Source of the DNA: Tepidisphaera sp.
GTDB lineage: Bacteria; Planctomycetota; Phycisphaerae; Phycisphaerales; UBA1924
Assembly (NCBI GenBank): GCA_050916045.1
Contig: CP051526.1
Span: 1,056,001-1,120,000, forward strand
DNA length: 64,000 nt
Direction: 5' to 3'
Numbering within the stretch: the first letter of the stretch is position 1; each line of letters begins with the position of its first letter. This document shows, one piece after another, positions 18,399 through 27,668 of the stretch. A program made the translations under genes and the position numbers. The notes under the pieces were generated by a model. That model made no database searches. It saw only the letters and a program-made list of their open reading frames with translations, and was not told where the DNA came from.

Positions 18399-21023
18399 TC
18401 ACTTCGCGTTCAGAGCGGCGAGCCAGCCCTCGACCATCCGACGCTCTGAAGCGTCCGTGACCTTTGCCAGACGCTTGGTGAGCACCTCGACGCCTCGGGG
18501 GTTCTTGATCGTCACGAGGGCCTGACCGGCGGCGAGGCGGGCTCGCTGCTCGCGATCGTTCACGCAGGCGGCGATGGCCTCGAAAGCGGCCTCGGGGTCG
18601 AGTTCGGCGATGCGTGCCACGTGGCCGATCGCGTCGGCCCGCGTGCGGCTGAGGTTCCCGGGCTTGGTGATCTCGACGATCGCGGCGAGGCCGGGCTTGG
18701 TCTTGAGGGTGACGAGAGCCTCCATCGCGGCCCGGCGGATCTCGTCGTCCTGCGACTCGGTCTTGGCGGCGGCGAGGATGGTGTTCATATCCGCGCGGAT
18801 GGCCGCAAGCCCGCGGATGGCGGCGGCTCGCACGCGCGTGGAGGAATCGTTCTCCCACGCGTGCATCAGGAGCTTGTACGTACGTTCGCGCGTGAGCTCG
18901 GAGGCTTTGTCGGGACCGGAGTGGGCCGCGAGAGCGGAGAGGACGGCTTCGCGGGCTTGCCAGGCTCTGATCGGAGCGGTCGCGAGCGAGCCGAGCGACC
19001 CCGCATCGCCGAGAGCCCCCAGGGCGCGGGCGGCTTCGACGCGGAGGGACGCGTGGGCCGACTCGTCGGAAACGATGTCCATCAGGCGGGTGAGGTCGGC
19101 GGTGGAAGGGGACTTGGACGAGCCGAGGCCTCGAGCGCCCTGGATGCGGGCTGCCAGCGTCGGTCCTTCGCCCGCCAGGGTTTCGGAGCCGGCCGCGGGG
19201 TGGTTGCAAGCGATCTCGGCGATCACCGTGAGCTCAGGGTCGAACGCGATGGCCGAGGGGGCGCCGTGCAGGCCCATCTTGAGCGAAGCTTCGCGGCCGC
19301 GGAAGGTGAGCGTGCCCTTGACCCACTGCCTGGGCTCGACGGATTCGAGTGCCCACACCGGCAGATCGAACTCGAAAGCCGGGTTGAGCGGGTCGATCGT
19401 CTGCGTCTGCTTCCCGACAAGGGAGAGGTTCTTGGCGTCCTGATCCCACTGCGCGTCGATCGTCAGACGCGGAACGTTCGGCCGCTCAACCCACTGGGCG
19501 AAGAACTGCGAAAGGCTCTCGCCCGAAGCGTCTTCGAGAGCTCGGCGGAAATCGCCGGTGACCACGTTGGTGAGCTTGTGGCGGTCGATGTAGAGGGCGA
19601 CGCCCTTGAAGAAAGCGTCATCGCCCAAGCGGGCGCGGAGCATGGCCAGGATGCTCGCGCCCTTCCCGTAGGGGTTGGCGGAACGGCGGAAGACTTCCCA
19701 CGGGTCGCGGTAGACGCGGCTTGCCATGCCCGGGGTGTCGGGCAGGGAGCCTTTGTCGCTCCCGATCACGCCGTCGTAGAGCGAGCGGACCGCTGCGTCG
19801 TACGCCTGCCGTCCGTCGCGGTGCTCGAACCAGAGCTGCGTCATGTACGTCGCCCAGCCCTCGTTGAGCCAGATGTGCTCCCAGGTCTGGCAGGTCATGA
19901 GGTCGCCGAACCACTGGTGGGCGAGCTCGTGGCTGATCAGGCCGTCGAGATCGAAGTCATCGAGGTCGCCGCCGTTGATGATCGCGGTGTCGTACATGGT
20001 GGTGGCGGAGGTGTTCTCCATGCCGCCGGCGATGAAGTTCCACACGACGGCCTGCGCGTACTTGTCCCAGGGATACTGCTCGCCGAGACGATCGCTGAAG
20101 AACCGGATCATCGCGGGCGTGCGGCCGTAGGTGCCGCGGATGTCGTGCTCGCGGCCGAGGGGGGCGTAGACCGGGAGCGGAAGGGCGGGCGTGCCGAGGT
20201 CGACGACGTCGAACTTCCCGACGACGAGCGAGACGAGGTAGTTGACGTGCGGTTTGTCCTGCACCCAGCGCCAGCGGTTGAAGGGCGTGAGCTCGGTGTC
20301 GCCGGTCGGGTTGGCCTTCTCGACGATCGTCGGGGTTCGCTCGGCCAATCGGCCGTTGCTCACGACCTCGTAGTCGGCGGGCGCGGTGACGATCAGCTCG
20401 GTCGTAAGCCGCTCATTGGGAAAGTCGTGGCAGGGGAACCACGAGCTGTTGGTCTCGGGCTGCCCCTGCGTGTGGAGCTGTGGCGGACGGCCGGGCCACG
20501 CCGGGGACTCGGGCGTCCAGTACAGACCGCGCATCGGATCGCGGATCTCATATCGCGTCACGATGTCGGTGGGCACGTTCGGGGCAAGCGGCGGGTCGAA
20601 CGTGATCGTGAGACGCTCATTGTCGTAGGTGAACGTCGACCGTCGGCCCTCGACGGCGACGGACTCGATCTTGAGCTGGCGGGCGTCCAGACTCAGCGTC
20701 GCGATCGGGCGGTGCGGCGCGATGACGGTCAGCGTCTGCCGCGCCTGCATCACCGGCGTGTTCATGTCGTTGATCGTCAGCTCGAGCGCCATGTGCCGGT
20801 AATCGACCGTCGGGCTGCGGCCGAAATTCCGAGCGTCACGCCCCGTCGCGGGGTCGATCGGGCCCCCGGCTTCGCCGGCGAACTGAGCCGCCGCGAGCTT
20901 GCAGTGCAGGCAGGAAAGCCCGCCGTGGTCGTGCTCACGGATCTCGGCGGCGATGGCGAACGCGGGCAGAGCGACCAAGCCGGCGGCGAGGGGCAGCCGG
21001 CGGAGTCGGGTTGAAATCGGCAT
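18399..21023 (-). CDS. M1-family aminopeptidase with C-terminal HEAT-like repeats, exported
   Basis: WFPCHD.PN, GGMEN, HELAHQWFGD, WLNEG, YGKG; HEAT-like helices; ATG 21023 after AAGGA. Confidence 0.92.
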   Translation of the reverse strand: MPISTRLRRLPLAAGLVALPAFAIAAEIREHDHGGLSCLHCKLAAAQFAGEAGGPIDPATGRDARNFGRSPTVDYRHMALELTINDMNTPVMQARQTLTVIAPHRPIATLSLDARQLKIESVAVEGRRSTFTYDNERLTITFDPPLAPNVPTDIVTRYEIRDPMRGLYWTPESPAWPGRPPQLHTQGQPETNSSWFPCHDFPNERLTTELIVTAPADYEVVSNGRLAERTPTIVEKANPTGDTELTPFNRWRWVQDKPHVNYLVSLVVGKFDVVDLGTPALPLPVYAPLGREHDIRGTYGRTPAMIRFFSDRLGEQYPWDKYAQAVVWNFIAGGMENTSATTMYDTAIINGGDLDDFDLDGLISHELAHQWFGDLMTCQTWEHIWLNEGWATYMTQLWFEHRDGRQAYDAAVRSLYDGVIGSDKGSLPDTPGMASRVYRDPWEVFRRSANPYGKGASILAMLRARLGDDAFFKGVALYIDRHKLTNVVTGDFRRALEDASGESLSQFFAQWVERPNVPRLTIDAQWDQDAKNLSLVGKQTQTIDPLNPAFEFDLPVWALESVEPRQWVKGTLTFRGREASLKMGLHGAPSAIAFDPELTVIAEIACNHPAAGSETLAGEGPTLAARIQGARGLGSSKSPSTADLTRLMDIVSDESAHASLRVEAARALGALGDAGSLGSLATAPIRAWQAREAVLSALAAHSGPDKASELTRERTYKLLMHAWENDSSTRVRAAAIRGLAAIRADMNTILAAAKTESQDDEIRRAAMEALVTLKTKPGLAAIVEITKPGNLSRTRADAIGHVARIAELDPEAAFEAIAACVNDREQRARLAAGQALVTIKNPRGVEVLTKRLAKVTDASERRMVEGWLAALNAK

Positions 21024-21076
21024 GATCATTTCCTTCATGGGCGGGCGCACGGCCACGGGCCTCATCGCGGGCTTGC

Positions 21077-22981
21077 TCACTTGGTCTCTTCCTTCTTCGC
21101 GTCCGCGCTCTGGCCGGACTTGTCCTCGGCCGGGTCGTCGATGTTCTTGGTGACGCGGTAGACCGCGAGGTTGGTGATGCGCGGGTCGAAGATGACTTCG
21201 GAGGGCTTGCCGCGGAGCGTGAAGACGGCTTTGGACGACTTCGCGTCCATCGTCATCTGCTGCATGACAGGCTCGCCCTGTTCAAACGAGATCCGCACGG
21301 GGATGTCGAGCACGTACGCGGGGTTGTCGGCGTTGACGACCTGCGTCTGATCCGCTTCCACCGTCAACTGGTTGGTCGCCGAGTCGAAGGAGAGCTTGAT
21401 CTCAAGCCTCGGGAAGCCCGGCCGGCGGGTCCACTGCTCGAAGAACTGGTCCAGCGACAGGCCCGACTCGGTCTCCAGAGCCTTCTGGAACTGGTCGGTC
21501 TCGACCAGGCCGTTGTCGCGGTTCTCCGCGAGGTAGTTGCGCGTGGCTTTGTAGAACGCCTGCTTGCCAAGGCGCTCGCGGAGCATGTGAAGCACGACGG
21601 CGCCTTTGCTGTAGGGGTTGTCGGGCTTGGAGAACGGGACATCAGGATTGCGGTAGCGGTTGCTCACCATCGGGATGCCGCGCGGCAGCGAAGCCCGGTT
21701 CGAGCCGCGCTGCGCCGAGACGAACCCTGCGATCGTCTTGAGGTACGCTTCATCGTCGGGTGCGCCGATCCCGTTCTTGTATTCGTTCCAGAGTGCTTCG
21801 CCATACGAAGCCCACCCCTCGTTCAGCCAGATGTGCTCCCAGCTGCGGCAGGTGACCAGGTCGCCGAACCACTGGTGGACGAGTTCGTGCGCGACCAGAT
21901 CATCCGCGTCGCGGCCTCCGAGGAAGAAGTTGCTTCCCATGATCGTCATGGAGGTGTTTTCCATGCCGCCGGGGAACCCGCGCACCAGCACCTGCTTGTA
22001 GTTGTCCCACGGGTACGGCGTCTCGAAGAGGTCTTCAAAGACCTTGATCATCGCGGCGGTGTTGCCGAGGGCTTTCGCGCATTCATCCTCCTTGCCGATC
22101 GGCACGTACGCCGTGATGCCCAAGCGGAATCGCGGGTCGCGCGGCCAGGACATGTCCGGGTCGTTCTGCGGCCGCTCGGGGTCGATGTTGATGATTGAAT
22201 ACTTGCCGACGACGAGCGCGACGAGGTAGTAGGGGTGGTGCTTGTCTTGAAGCCAGTGGAACGTCGTGGACTTGCCCTTGGTCGTCTTGGAGAGGATGCG
22301 TCCGTTGGCGACGGCTTCGTACCCGCGGGGCACCGTCGCGATGATCTCGGTCGTGACGCGCTCGTTGGGGAAGTCGTGGCAGGGGAACCAGCGGTGGTTG
22401 TCCTCGGCCTGGCCCTGCGAGTACGCGACGGGGAACTCGTCGGTGCCGTTGGTCGGGTTCTCACGCGGCTTGACCCACGTCAGCCCGGCGTTGCGGTTCT
22501 TGGAGTAGTCGCACTTGTACGTTGTCTTGATGACGATGGTCTTGTCGAGAGCGACCGGCTCGGGGAGCGCGATCGTCAGAACCCGGTCCTTGTGCTCGAA
22601 CCGAAGCTCGGTGTCGGGGAGCGGCTTGCCGTCCTTGCGGCGGGGGTCCTTGGGGTCCGTCGGGATCACGACCTTCTGGATCGTGATGTCCGGCCCGCAG
22701 TTCAGCACCACCTCCGACCGCTGCCGGCCCCGCGGCGAAAGCGTCAGCGTCTGCACCGCCGTGAACTCGGGGGAGGTGAACGCCCCGAAGTCAAGCTCAA
22801 GCAGCATGTGCCGGTGGTCCCACGGCGTGGGCGGGGGCCAGTTGGCGATCTGGGCGCCCGTCTTGGCGTCGATCCGCGGATCCGCGGGGGTTTCCTGGTC
22901 CTGGGCACGGGCGGAGACCGCGGTCGCGGTGATCAGGAGTGCGGCCAGAATCCATCGGCACGCGAGCGATCGGATCATCAT
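21077..22981 (-). CDS. M1-family aminopeptidase, exported
   Basis: Signal peptide ARA-Q, GGMEN, HELVHQWFGD, WLNEG, YSKG. Confidence 0.92.
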   Translation of the reverse strand: MMIRSLACRWILAALLITATAVSARAQDQETPADPRIDAKTGAQIANWPPPTPWDHRHMLLELDFGAFTSPEFTAVQTLTLSPRGRQRSEVVLNCGPDITIQKVVIPTDPKDPRRKDGKPLPDTELRFEHKDRVLTIALPEPVALDKTIVIKTTYKCDYSKNRNAGLTWVKPRENPTNGTDEFPVAYSQGQAEDNHRWFPCHDFPNERVTTEIIATVPRGYEAVANGRILSKTTKGKSTTFHWLQDKHHPYYLVALVVGKYSIINIDPERPQNDPDMSWPRDPRFRLGITAYVPIGKEDECAKALGNTAAMIKVFEDLFETPYPWDNYKQVLVRGFPGGMENTSMTIMGSNFFLGGRDADDLVAHELVHQWFGDLVTCRSWEHIWLNEGWASYGEALWNEYKNGIGAPDDEAYLKTIAGFVSAQRGSNRASLPRGIPMVSNRYRNPDVPFSKPDNPYSKGAVVLHMLRERLGKQAFYKATRNYLAENRDNGLVETDQFQKALETESGLSLDQFFEQWTRRPGFPRLEIKLSFDSATNQLTVEADQTQVVNADNPAYVLDIPVRISFEQGEPVMQQMTMDAKSSKAVFTLRGKPSEVIFDPRITNLAVYRVTKNIDDPAEDKSGQSADAKKEETK

Positions 22982-23146
22982 GAAGGCTCCTTGGGTTCCG
23001 GGGACCGGAACCGGTGCGGACAGCGTAGCGTCCGCGAACCAAACATGGTCGGCGTTTGGGGAGGTCCTCGCTTCAGAATTCGGTTCCCACGCGGGTTCCA
23101 AAGCCCGCCGGGCCGACGAACCGCCTTCTGCCGGGTACACTCATCC

Positions 23147-25270
23147 ATGCCCACCCAGCCGACTTTGCCCGATCAGCGACGTTGGCCCCATGCGCCCGAA
23201 GCGTTCACGGAAGCCGCGCCCGAGCATCCTGCTCCCAGCCTGCCCACCTCGGCCTCTGCCGACCCGACCGCTTCCCGATCGAAGCCGGCTTCGGTCCGCT
23301 CCCGCATCTCCGGCCTCCGCGTCCCGGATGTCTACCTCTCCGCCGGGGAGATCATCGAAGGGTCAAGCCGCGACGACGACCACGATGAACGCAACGTCGA
23401 GTCCGGATCGCTTCTCGCGTCCGTGGGCGGCTCTTCCGCCGAGAACGAGTTCTACTCCCCCGTCCCCGAGGGGTATCGCCGCGGGCAGCACAAGTACGTC
23501 GTCGTCTTCGGCACCGTCATGTCCGGCCTGGGCAAGGGGATCTTCGCGAGCAGTCTCGCCAAGATGCTCAAGGACAAGGGCCTCTCGGTCGCTCCGATCA
23601 AGATGGAGGGGTACCTCAACTTCGACTCGGGCACGCTCAACCCCTTCCGCCACGGCGAGGTCTTCGTCCTGGATGACGGCACCGAGTGCGACATGGATCT
23701 TGGCACCTACGAGCGTCTCCTCGAGCAGAACCTCACCAAGAAGAACTTCACCACCTCCGGCCGCATCTACACCGAGATCATGGACCGCGAGCGCCGCGGC
23801 GGATACCTCGGCCGCGACGTCCAGATGATCCCGCACGTCACCGGCGAGGTGAAGAAGAAGCTCCGCGAGCTCGCCGTCCAAGGTGACGGCAACCGCCCCG
23901 CCGACGTCGTCTTCGTCGAGGTCGGCGGCACCGTCGGCGACTACGAGAACGCGTTCTACATCGAAGCCATGCGCGAGCTGGCGTTCGAAGAGGGCCCCGG
24001 CTCGGTCTGCTTTGTCGCATTGACCTACGTCATCGAGCCCCCGGCCCTGGGCGAGCAGAAGTCCAAGCCCGCCCAGCTCGGCATCCAGCGCCTCATGCAG
24101 GCCGGCATCCAGCCGCACATCATCGCCTGCCGCGCGAGCAAGCCCTGCCAGCCCAAGGTCATGCAGAAGATCGCGATGTTCAGCAACGTCCCGATGCGCC
24201 GCGTCTTCTCCATGCACGACCGCGAGTCCATCTACACGATCCCGGAAGAGATGCGCCGCGAGGGCCTCGACCGCGAGATCATGTCCATGCTCGGCCTCCA
24301 CGACCGCGTCAACGTCCAGCACGAGGACAAAGCCCGCGCCAAGTGGAACGCCTTCGCCTCCCGCCTCACCGCGCCCAAGCGGCACCAGATCACCCTCGGC
24401 ATCGCCGGCAAGTACGCCAACCTCCGCGACGCCTACGCCTCGATCGACAAAGCCGTCGAGCACTGCTCCGCCCACCTCTCCTGCAAGATCGACCTCAACT
24501 GGCTCGACACCACCGACCTCACCGACCGCAACGTCGCCGAGAGCCTCGGCGATGTCGACGGCGTGATCGTCCCCGGCGGCTTCGGCACGCGGGGCGTTGA
24601 GGGCAAGATCTCCGTCGTCAAGCACTGCCGCGTGAACCGCGTCCCGTACCTTGGCATCTGCCTTGGCTTCCAGGTCGCGGTGATCGAGTTCGCCCGCAAC
24701 GTCCTTGGCCTCCGCGGGGCTTCGTCGACGGAGTTCGTCCCCGAGACGCAGTACCCGGTCATCAGCGAGCTCCCCGAGCAGAAGCGGGTCGAGGGCCTGG
24801 GCGGCACGATGCGCCTCGGCGCTCAGGATGTCCTCATCACGCCCGGCTCGCTCGCCCACTTCCTCTATGGCAGCAAGCCCGGCCTGAACCCGACGATCCG
24901 CGAGCGCTTCCGCCACCGCTACGAGGTCGACCCCGAGTATCTCGGCCGCCTCGAAGAAGCGGGCATGGTCTTCTCCGGTCGCCACCCGACGCGCCCGATC
25001 ATGCAGATGCTCGAGCTTCGCCAGCCGCGTGCTTCGGGCCAGAGCCTGACGTCGGCCGCCGGCGCGACCAACCCCAAGGAAGCAACCGAGCACCCGTTCT
25101 TCATCGGCGGCCAGTTCCACCCGGAACTGACGAGCCGCCCGCTCGCGCCCCAGCCGATGTTCATGGGCCTGATCGCCGCCGCCATCGCCCGCCGCGCGGG
25201 CGACGTCTCTTCCGACCCGGATGTCAGCCGCTGGATCCGGAAGCCCGCCCGCCAGCCGCAGTCGGTGTAA
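23147..25270 (+). CDS. pyrG: CTP synthase with long N-terminal extension (start uncertain)
   Basis: GTVMSGLGKG, HGEVFVLDDGTECDMDLG, KSKPAQ, GICLGFQ, HRYEV, QFHPE. Confidence 0.95.
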   Translation: MPTQPTLPDQRRWPHAPEAFTEAAPEHPAPSLPTSASADPTASRSKPASVRSRISGLRVPDVYLSAGEIIEGSSRDDDHDERNVESGSLLASVGGSSAENEFYSPVPEGYRRGQHKYVVVFGTVMSGLGKGIFASSLAKMLKDKGLSVAPIKMEGYLNFDSGTLNPFRHGEVFVLDDGTECDMDLGTYERLLEQNLTKKNFTTSGRIYTEIMDRERRGGYLGRDVQMIPHVTGEVKKKLRELAVQGDGNRPADVVFVEVGGTVGDYENAFYIEAMRELAFEEGPGSVCFVALTYVIEPPALGEQKSKPAQLGIQRLMQAGIQPHIIACRASKPCQPKVMQKIAMFSNVPMRRVFSMHDRESIYTIPEEMRREGLDREIMSMLGLHDRVNVQHEDKARAKWNAFASRLTAPKRHQITLGIAGKYANLRDAYASIDKAVEHCSAHLSCKIDLNWLDTTDLTDRNVAESLGDVDGVIVPGGFGTRGVEGKISVVKHCRVNRVPYLGICLGFQVAVIEFARNVLGLRGASSTEFVPETQYPVISELPEQKRVEGLGGTMRLGAQDVLITPGSLAHFLYGSKPGLNPTIRERFRHRYEVDPEYLGRLEEAGMVFSGRHPTRPIMQMLELRQPRASGQSLTSAAGATNPKEATEHPFFIGGQFHPELTSRPLAPQPMFMGLIAAAIARRAGDVSSDPDVSRWIRKPARQPQSV

Positions 25271-25379
25271 GGCCCAACGAGCCCGCAGCGCCAGCAAGGG
25301 TTCCGCTCCCTGACACCGCGTGCGCCGAACTCCCGCACCCGCTCCGAGCGACAGCCCCGATTCAACAACGGAGCCGCCC

Positions 25380-25994
25380 ATGCACGCCATCGCCCGAACG
25401 CCGCTCCTGCTCACGACCGTCGCCGCGAGCGTCGCCGCGATCGGCGGCCTCCCGGGGTGCTGGAAGCAGCCGCCCATCCCCGCCACCTTCGCGGTCAACT
25501 CGTTCACGTTCGTCGCATCCGCCCCGACCGCGAGCGATGGCAAGCCCAGACCCGGCGTCTGGATCGACGCCAACACCACGCTCGACATGTCCGGCGGGAC
25601 CCTGACCAGCAGCCTCCCCTGCGCGGTGAAGCTCGACTACACGGACAGCACCTCCACCTTCGAAGCCGCCGAGATCACCTCCGTGAGCATCACCTACGAC
25701 GACGGCGTCATCGAGCCGTCCCTCGCCACGCTGCAGCTGCCCCTGCGGATCAACGGGCGGGACTACGAATCGGTGAACAGCATGGCCGGCGGCCGCATCG
25801 TCCGGAGCGTGAACCGCATCGTCTCCGGCGAGGTCCCCGGCATCGTGACCCGCGCGGAACCGTTCACGCTCATCCTCTCGGGTTCCTTCATCACCACCGA
25901 CGGCCGCCGCATCGAGTTCACCATCGACCAGCACTTCGCCGTCCAGACGGAAAACGCCGTCAAGAACGCCGCCGACGTGCTACAGGACAAGTAG
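25380..25994 (+). CDS. Hypothetical lipoprotein
   Basis: SD GGAG, LPGC lipobox-like motif, beta-rich body. Confidence 0.7.
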   Translation: MHAIARTPLLLTTVAASVAAIGGLPGCWKQPPIPATFAVNSFTFVASAPTASDGKPRPGVWIDANTTLDMSGGTLTSSLPCAVKLDYTDSTSTFEAAEITSVSITYDDGVIEPSLATLQLPLRINGRDYESVNSMAGGRIVRSVNRIVSGEVPGIVTRAEPFTLILSGSFITTDGRRIEFTIDQHFAVQTENAVKNAADVLQDK

Positions 25995-26033
25995 CTCCCA
26001 CCCCCATCCCCCCTAAAGACCAAAGCCCATGTG

Positions 26034-26143
26034 CCACGATCATCCGGTCCTCCGGATGGTCGTGGAGGGACGCCCGCAGGCAATTGGGTGCCCCTGCCAG
26101 ACCCGACGCTCATCCACGACCATTCCGAAGCGGGATGATCGTG
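26034..26143. repeat. Double-hairpin element, copy 1
   Basis: ccacgatcatccgg-tcct-ccggatggtcgtgg and cacgaccattccg-aag-cgggatgatcgtg; direct repeat of 26637-26732. Confidence 0.85.
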
Positions 26144-26152
26144 ACACCCAGC

Positions 26153-26575
26153 CTATTGGCCGTCAAGCGCTCGGCGAGCGTCTTGAGCAAGCCGGTCCGT
26201 CGGGTCCTGAGATCTCCGCAGATTCTCGATGGCTCGATCCAGCACTCGATCAGCCCAGTCGGGTGCCTGCTGAATCAGGTCCCATTCCGCGTCCTCCGAC
26301 AACTCCACCATGATCGCTATCGCTCGAAACGGAAACTCCAATTGACTGTCAGAAAGTCCCGTCCGCGACCGAAGCCTCATTCGGAGAATCCGAAGAACCA
26401 GCTTCTTAGTCGGGCTTAGGGTCAATCCCGCAGTTGACCTGTCCCAACTCTGACGAACGTCGGAGTTGGCCTTTGTGACGCGAATCACGATCGCAAGCAA
26501 GAGTGTCGCTCCGACGCCAGACAGAAATAGCCACATCGTCAGATTATACTCGTACCGGGCTATCGCGGAAGTCAT
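26153..26575 (-). CDS. Hypothetical membrane-anchored protein, atypical composition
   Basis: N-terminal TM segment, more A/T-ending codons than flanking genes; start uncertain. Confidence 0.55.
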   Translation of the reverse strand: MTSAIARYEYNLTMWLFLSGVGATLLLAIVIRVTKANSDVRQSWDRSTAGLTLSPTKKLVLRILRMRLRSRTGLSDSQLEFPFRAIAIMVELSEDAEWDLIQQAPDWADRVLDRAIENLRRSQDPTDRLAQDARRALDGQ

Positions 26576-26636
26576 TCGATCAGGGGTTTCACGCGGATTG
26601 TCTGTGGCTCGCGAATCCTGCCACCCTCGCTGGCTA

Positions 26637-26732
26637 CTACGACCATCCGGTACCCCGGACGGTCGTGGAGGCAGTGTGAGCCCTGCCCACGTCCGACACT
26701 CATTCACGATCATCCGGAAGCGGGATGATCGT
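26637..26732. repeat. Double-hairpin element, copy 2
   Basis: ctacgaccatccgg-tacc-ccggacggtcgtgg and acgatcatccgg-aag-cgggatgatcgt. Confidence 0.85.
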
Positions 26733-26758
26733 TGTACGCGGCACCCGGCATAACAACT

Positions 26759-27019
26759 TCACGCAAAAAGCGCTTGGCACTCGTCGCGATGCTCCTGCGG
26801 CACGGAGAGTTGTCCAAACTGAATTCCGTCGTGGACTAGTTGCGGGGATCCACTCTGATTGTCGTAGAGCGGCGGTACCTGATGCTTCCAGAAGAGTCGG
26901 CTTGTAGATCTTTCGAATGAAAAACTGTGATGATGCAGGCTTGGTCCGCACTCGAGCGCGTTGACGATCCACATGTACAATTGATCGGAAATACCGTCGG
27001 CCGGGTGATACTGGATCAT
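26759..27019 (-). CDS. Small hypothetical protein, lower GC
   Basis: 86-aa ORF in a visibly more AT-rich patch; no motif recognised. Confidence 0.45.
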   Translation of the reverse strand: MIQYHPADGISDQLYMWIVNALECGPSLHHHSFSFERSTSRLFWKHQVPPLYDNQSGSPQLVHDGIQFGQLSVPQEHRDECQALFA

Positions 27020-27153
27020 TCACGAGGATAGGGAGGATTGCACCGCCGGGAAGGGACTGGCATACCACCGATCGCCGGTTCCTCCGGCGATTGGTGCCGA
27101 TCAGCGTTGGGCTTGCCCTCGTGCAGTGGCGATCTGGACCTTAGGTGTGACTT

Positions 27154-27342
27154 CTGAGGGGTTGAACGGTCGTTGTGAAGGGCTTTACGGTCATTGTGAA
27201 GGGTTTCACGCTCGTCGTGAAGGGCTTCACGGTCGTCGTGAAAGGCTTCACGGTCTTCGTGAAGGGGTTCAACATGCCCGTGAAGGGGTTCACGGGGGGC
27301 GTTGAACCCTTCACGCGGGCCATGAAGGGGTGAACGGTTCGT
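27154..27342. repeat. 21-nt-period tandem array (about 9 units) with internal palindrome GTGAA-N4-TTCAC
   Basis: Units start at 27154, 27175, 27196, 27217, 27238, 27259, 27280, 27301 and 27322, e.g. gtgaagggcttcacggtcgtc. Confidence 0.9.
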
Positions 27343-27356
27343 GGAAAGGGAGCTCT

Positions 27357-27376
27357 TTGGCACGAAAGTGTGCCAA
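27357..27376. promoter_or_regulatory. Palindromic operator-like site TTGGCAC-N6-GTGCCAA
   Basis: Perfect 7-bp arms; related sites at 1128-1146 and 33307-33323. Confidence 0.45.
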
Positions 27377-27455
27377 TTTGTTGCCTTGGTGGCGGCGAGC
27401 GAGCAATGGGGGAAAAAATGTTCTGGTATGGATGATAGTTTTGGGCAAAAACATA

Positions 27456-27481
27456 TCAAGTGATGTCGAACGCGGGTCGAT
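27456..27481 (+). promoter_or_regulatory. Candidate sigma-28-type promoter
   Basis: TCAAG-N15-GTCGAT, same spacing as 50296-50321. Confidence 0.4.
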
Positions 27482-27546
27482 GCTCGACGCATCGTGCCGG
27501 GGCACGGCGGCTCGCGTGAGCCGCACGCGACGCCCGGCCACATCAC

Positions 27547-27655
27547 GAGGATTCACCACAGAGCCACAGCGCCGTACAACCGAGGCACATGAGCAGTGCG
27601 CGCCCGCCGGTGCGTGTTCCCCTCGGCGCCTCTGTGCCTCTGTGGTGACATCCTC
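27547..27655. repeat. REP/MITE-like long inverted repeat in the 5' leader
   Basis: gaggattcaccacagagccacag...ctgtgcctctgtggtgacatcctc; ends just before SD GGAGA. Confidence 0.75.
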
Positions 27656-27668
27656 TTGGAGAATGGCG

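Noticed and set aside
22235..23146. 1011-aa PyrG
   Set aside because: The first ~300 codons are mostly antisense to the M1 aminopeptidase gene.
26034..26732. Integron attC sites
   Set aside because: No RYYYAAC...GTTRRRY cores bounding the hairpins and no integrase in the window.
27154..27342. CRISPR array
   Set aside because: The period is only 21 nt with ~7-nt linkers and degenerate repeats, and there are no cas genes in the window.
27357..27376. Sigma-54 promoter (TGGCAC...)
   Set aside because: GG to GC spacing is 11 nt rather than the required 10, on both strands; the 33307 site also fails.
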